A stretch of DNA of 64,000 nt, taken from NCBI RefSeq assembly GCF_033153115.1, contig NW_026889785.1, forward strand, positions 9,114,001-9,178,000, in the 5' to 3' direction. Made by a program: the position numbers and the translations under genes. The notes beneath the pieces are model-generated. The model searched no databases, had not been told where the DNA came from, and worked only from the letters and a program-made list of their open reading frames with translations. This stretch comes from Saccostrea echinata (lineage: Eukaryota). How positions within the stretch are numbered: the stretch's first letter is position 1; the number at the start of each line of letters is the position of its first letter. Below are positions 62,230 to 64,000 of the stretch, piece by piece.

Positions 62230-63535
62230 CCAGAATATAGGCTCGGATCTGTAGTTATGGATATTGCCAATCATAGGCTTTTTAAACCCCCGCGTTTTAC
62301 TGAAGAAAATGCAGCTAAAACAATCCGTTTTTCCTTAAACTTCAATATGCCAACAAAGGAATTGACGCGGTTAATATAAGTAATATCCTTAATCACAAAA
62401 GGGTCCAGTCTTGTATTCCACCATATTTCAAGTTAAAGACTACACCTTGTATTTCCTACAAATATACATCGACTATTGCTTTCAAACTTTTTAATTACAA
62501 GAAAACTTTACAGGGCCTGGATATCGAATATCTGAAACATAATCCTCCATCGTGTTCATGGTCTTCTTCGCCCTATAACTATAGTCCTGCTGGGCACGTT
62601 ATTACTGGTGACGTAAATATAGTTAATAATGAGGATCTTAGATAACTAATTTTAAAAGGTCCTAAATTTAGGGAGCCCAGATCCTTCAACTGGCGTAAGA
62701 TTTCATGAATATTATGGATTCTGTAGAGGACTACGCCAGGCGATGGGCCAGACATGAAAAAGAAGACCTTGACACTTTGTCAGAATGGATTAAATGTATC
62801 AGATGTATGTTAAAATCACGCATTAAAAGATTGAGAGGCAATATGAAAACCATCTATCCTTCTCTATTCAATAATCTAGAAGTGAAAATAGAAATAGATA
62901 GATTACATGATCAGTACGTACTGGTTCCTGCTGACAAAGCAGGTAACAACATTGTCTTTGTTTGTAAGGCTCATTATATTAAATGTATTTTAGAGGAACT
63001 TGGATTTAATTCTACAAGTGGTAATCCAACTTATACTCATAGTTCCCTTTCTAAGGAAGAAATTCTTCAAAATCATATGTCAGTTTTGAATATTTTTAAT
63101 ATTCCAAACAACCAAAATGAATTCGAATTACCATATTTATATTGGATTCCAAAACTTCATAAAAATCCTTACAAAGATACATAGCGGGTTCCAGTAAATG
63201 TTCAACCAAGCCTCTATCTTTACTCCTCACTAAGATATTAACAGTGGTGAAGGAGAAACTTCAAGAGTACTGTGCAACAATATATTCGAGAAGTGGTGTA
63301 AATCAGATGTGGATACTTAAAAATTCCAAGGAACTTTTGGAAAATTTGAAATTACAAGATTTTACCAAAATCAACAGCTTAAAAACTTACGACTTTTCAA
63401 CTTTATACACAACCATTCCCCACGATTAATTAAAGTCCAGGCTTTTTGATATCATTGACAGCTGCTTTTTCAATAAAAATGGAACTCGTAAATATACTTA
63501 CCTTGTCATTGGTCATTTGCAAAATTATTTTTGTA
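62230..63535 (+). pseudogene. Penelope-like retroelement RT, truncated and frameshifted
   Basis: GHVITGD, KGPKFREP, VPADKAGNN, YWIPKLHK, GVNQMWILKNS, YDFSTLYTTIPHD. Confidence 0.85.
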
Positions 63536-63569
63536 AAGCTGGTCAAAAGTACCTTAAACAAGCCAGAGA

Positions 63570-63860
63570 ACAAAATATTTCAAAAACAGAATGGTGCAAT
63601 GGACTGTGGACTGTTTGCAAAAGCAGCAGCAACATCAATATGACCAGAAGAACATGAGAAAACATCTACATAGATGCAATGAAGAAAAGGAATATCACCA
63701 TTCCCTATGCTCATCTTCAATCCACAGAAACAAACAATATAAAGCAGTCAATAACAGTTACACTTTACTCATTTGCCTATTGCCTGACAACAGGGAGGAG
63801 TGAATGATTGAATGCTGCATTTGTAGCTAATGGTTTCATCAGACATGCTTGACAATTAAG
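63570..63860 (+). pseudogene. Ulp1-like protease / PHD fragment from a DNA transposon
   Basis: QKQNGAMDCGLFA.A.AT, followed by a decayed MIECCICS*WFHQTC. Confidence 0.5.
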
Positions 63861-64000
63861 CGGTTGGTGTTTTACAGTAAAACGCTAAGCAGCTCATGGA
63901 TTTGTCGGGATTGCACACAATCAATATAAATGAGGGATGAGAAACAAAGTAATAATAAATGAACAGCTTTACTGCGTAGTTGACGGCTTGCAGAAACACC

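Overview
AT-rich, repeat-dense eukaryotic DNA. The Helentron-borne 156-167 bp satellites, tRNA-SINEs and spliceosomal introns suggest an oyster or other bivalve (inference). No clear host gene is present; almost everything is nested mobile DNA. The main element is an apparently complete, young Polinton/Maverick endogenous virus (33318-56012) with perfect 191-bp AGTAGT TIRs and a 6-bp TSD (TGTATT), inserted into the zinc-finger exon of a decayed hAT transposon (32835-58433). Its core ORFs are open: integrase, minor and major capsid, adenain-like protease, packaging ATPase and an intron-split pPolB. It also carries an unusual candidate host-manipulation set: (i) a 75-aa GADD34/ICP34.5/DP71L-like PP1-eIF2alpha adaptor, (ii) a CARD-PC4-PC4-ZnF fusion, (iii) a mucin-stalk membrane protein built from micro-exons, with two possible TM/tail ends, that the ORF track misses, and (iv) a spliced protein with RNA Pol II CTD-like YSPQSP repeats. 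The window also holds a 12.9-kb Tc1/IS630 Sailor-type (DD83E) transposon with an intact 4-exon PHD-tailed transposase, plus Sola-like, MULE, RecQ and Penelope relics, MITEs, Helentrons and SINEs. All assignments come from reading motifs by eye; no searches were run.
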